Part shown: in pieces, positions 63,669 through 64,000 of the stretch
Layout: each line of letters opens with the position of its first letter
Numbering within the stretch: the stretch's first letter is position 1
Source: an uncultured Thermodesulfobacteriota bacterium
GTDB taxonomy: Bacteria > Desulfobacterota > Deferrisomatia > Deferrisomatales > Deferrisomataceae
Length of the DNA: 64,000 nt
NCBI GenBank assembly: GCA_964491375.1
Contig: CAZBGL010000068.1
Location: forward strand, 4,282 to 68,281
Reading direction: 5' to 3'
Translations under genes and position numbers: made by a program
Notes under the pieces: model-generated
Told to the model about the DNA's origin: nothing
The model's input: only the letters and a program-made list of their open reading frames with translations
The model's database searches: none

Positions 63669-64000
63669 GGAAGCCTCCGCAGGTAGGCCCGCATCCCCTG
63701 CCCGGCCAGGCGCCTCCGCACGGCTTCGGCCTCCTGGCGCGTGGCGAACGGACCGGCGTACACGGTCCACACCGGGGCCGGGCCCCCGTGGCGCGCGTAC
63801 CCGCCCTTGAACCCCGCCCGCACGAGCCCTTCCAGGGCCTTCTGGGCCTCCTCCTCCAGGAAGAAGTACGCCACCAGGCCCTCGTCGGTCCGCTCGGACT
63901 CGTACCCCAGGCCCTCCAGGACCCGGGCGGCCCGTTCGAGGACCGGGGCGTCCCCCTGGACGGTGAGCCGGTACGTGCGAAACCGCTTCCGCTCGGCCCT
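63665..64000 (-). CDS. SPOR-domain protein, C-terminal part (5' end outside the window)
   Basis: The frame is open to the window edge. My translation reads ...YRLTVQGDAPVLERAARVLEGLGYESERTDEGLVAYFFLEEEAQKALEGLVRAGFKGGYARH...WTVYAGPFATRQEAEAVRRRLAGQGMRAYL, a SPOR-like repeat pattern. Confidence 0.65.
   Translation of the reverse strand, partial: RAERKRFRTYRLTVQGDAPVLERAARVLEGLGYESERTDEGLVAYFFLEEEAQKALEGLVRAGFKGGYARHGGPAPVWTVYAGPFATRQEAEAVRRRLAGQGMRAYLRRLP

Noticed and set aside
1-64000. CRISPR arrays, IS elements, integrases, prophage genes, toxin-antitoxin pairs and rRNA.
   Set aside because: No spaced direct-repeat arrays were seen. No DDE/serine/tyrosine recombinase motifs and no phage structural genes were found. 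The only repeats are the short regulatory-scale ones reported above.

Overview
This is a very GC-rich bacterial chromosomal segment: third codon positions are almost uniformly G/C, so all six frames carry long spurious R/P/G-rich ORFs. It is densely packed with core housekeeping genes on both strands. I call about 66 CDS, two tRNA-Leu genes, several intrinsic terminators and a few sigma70-like promoters. I found no rRNA, CRISPR array, transposase, integrase or prophage signal.

Gene content:
- tolB-pal-ybgF
- PBP1A, moaA, mogA and a MOSC-domain protein
- rph-rdgB
- dnaJ with a MerR/HspR-like regulator
- comEC
- a response-regulator GGDEF protein and an HD-GYP protein
- hisS, a small multihaem cytochrome c, aspS
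- an Rrf2-headed gap-pgk-tpiA-secG operon
- an 11-gene Mrp/Mbh-type antiporter cluster preceded by a RelA/SpoT-domain gene
- a thioesterase-rnr-ubiB-rluA operon and ygiQ
- ald, glnB and amtB
- citrate synthase
- an ArsS-type radical SAM cluster

The content suggests an anaerobic, possibly thermophilic, Desulfobacterota-like organism. Taxonomy cannot be established from this window alone.

Most notable observations:
1. The ArsS-type radical SAM gene has an in-frame UGA that is probably selenocysteine, with a SECIS-like hairpin.
2. An AT-rich palindromic control region lies between divergent glnB and amtB, flanked by twin sigma54-like motifs.
3. A 13-bp anti-SD/SD hairpin abuts the ald start codon.
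4. Two strong tandem intrinsic terminators sit in an otherwise geneless leader upstream of a universal stress protein gene.
5. A divergent RelA/SpoT-domain protein appears to be the first gene of the mrp-like operon.

All family assignments come from motif recognition by eye. No database searches were run.
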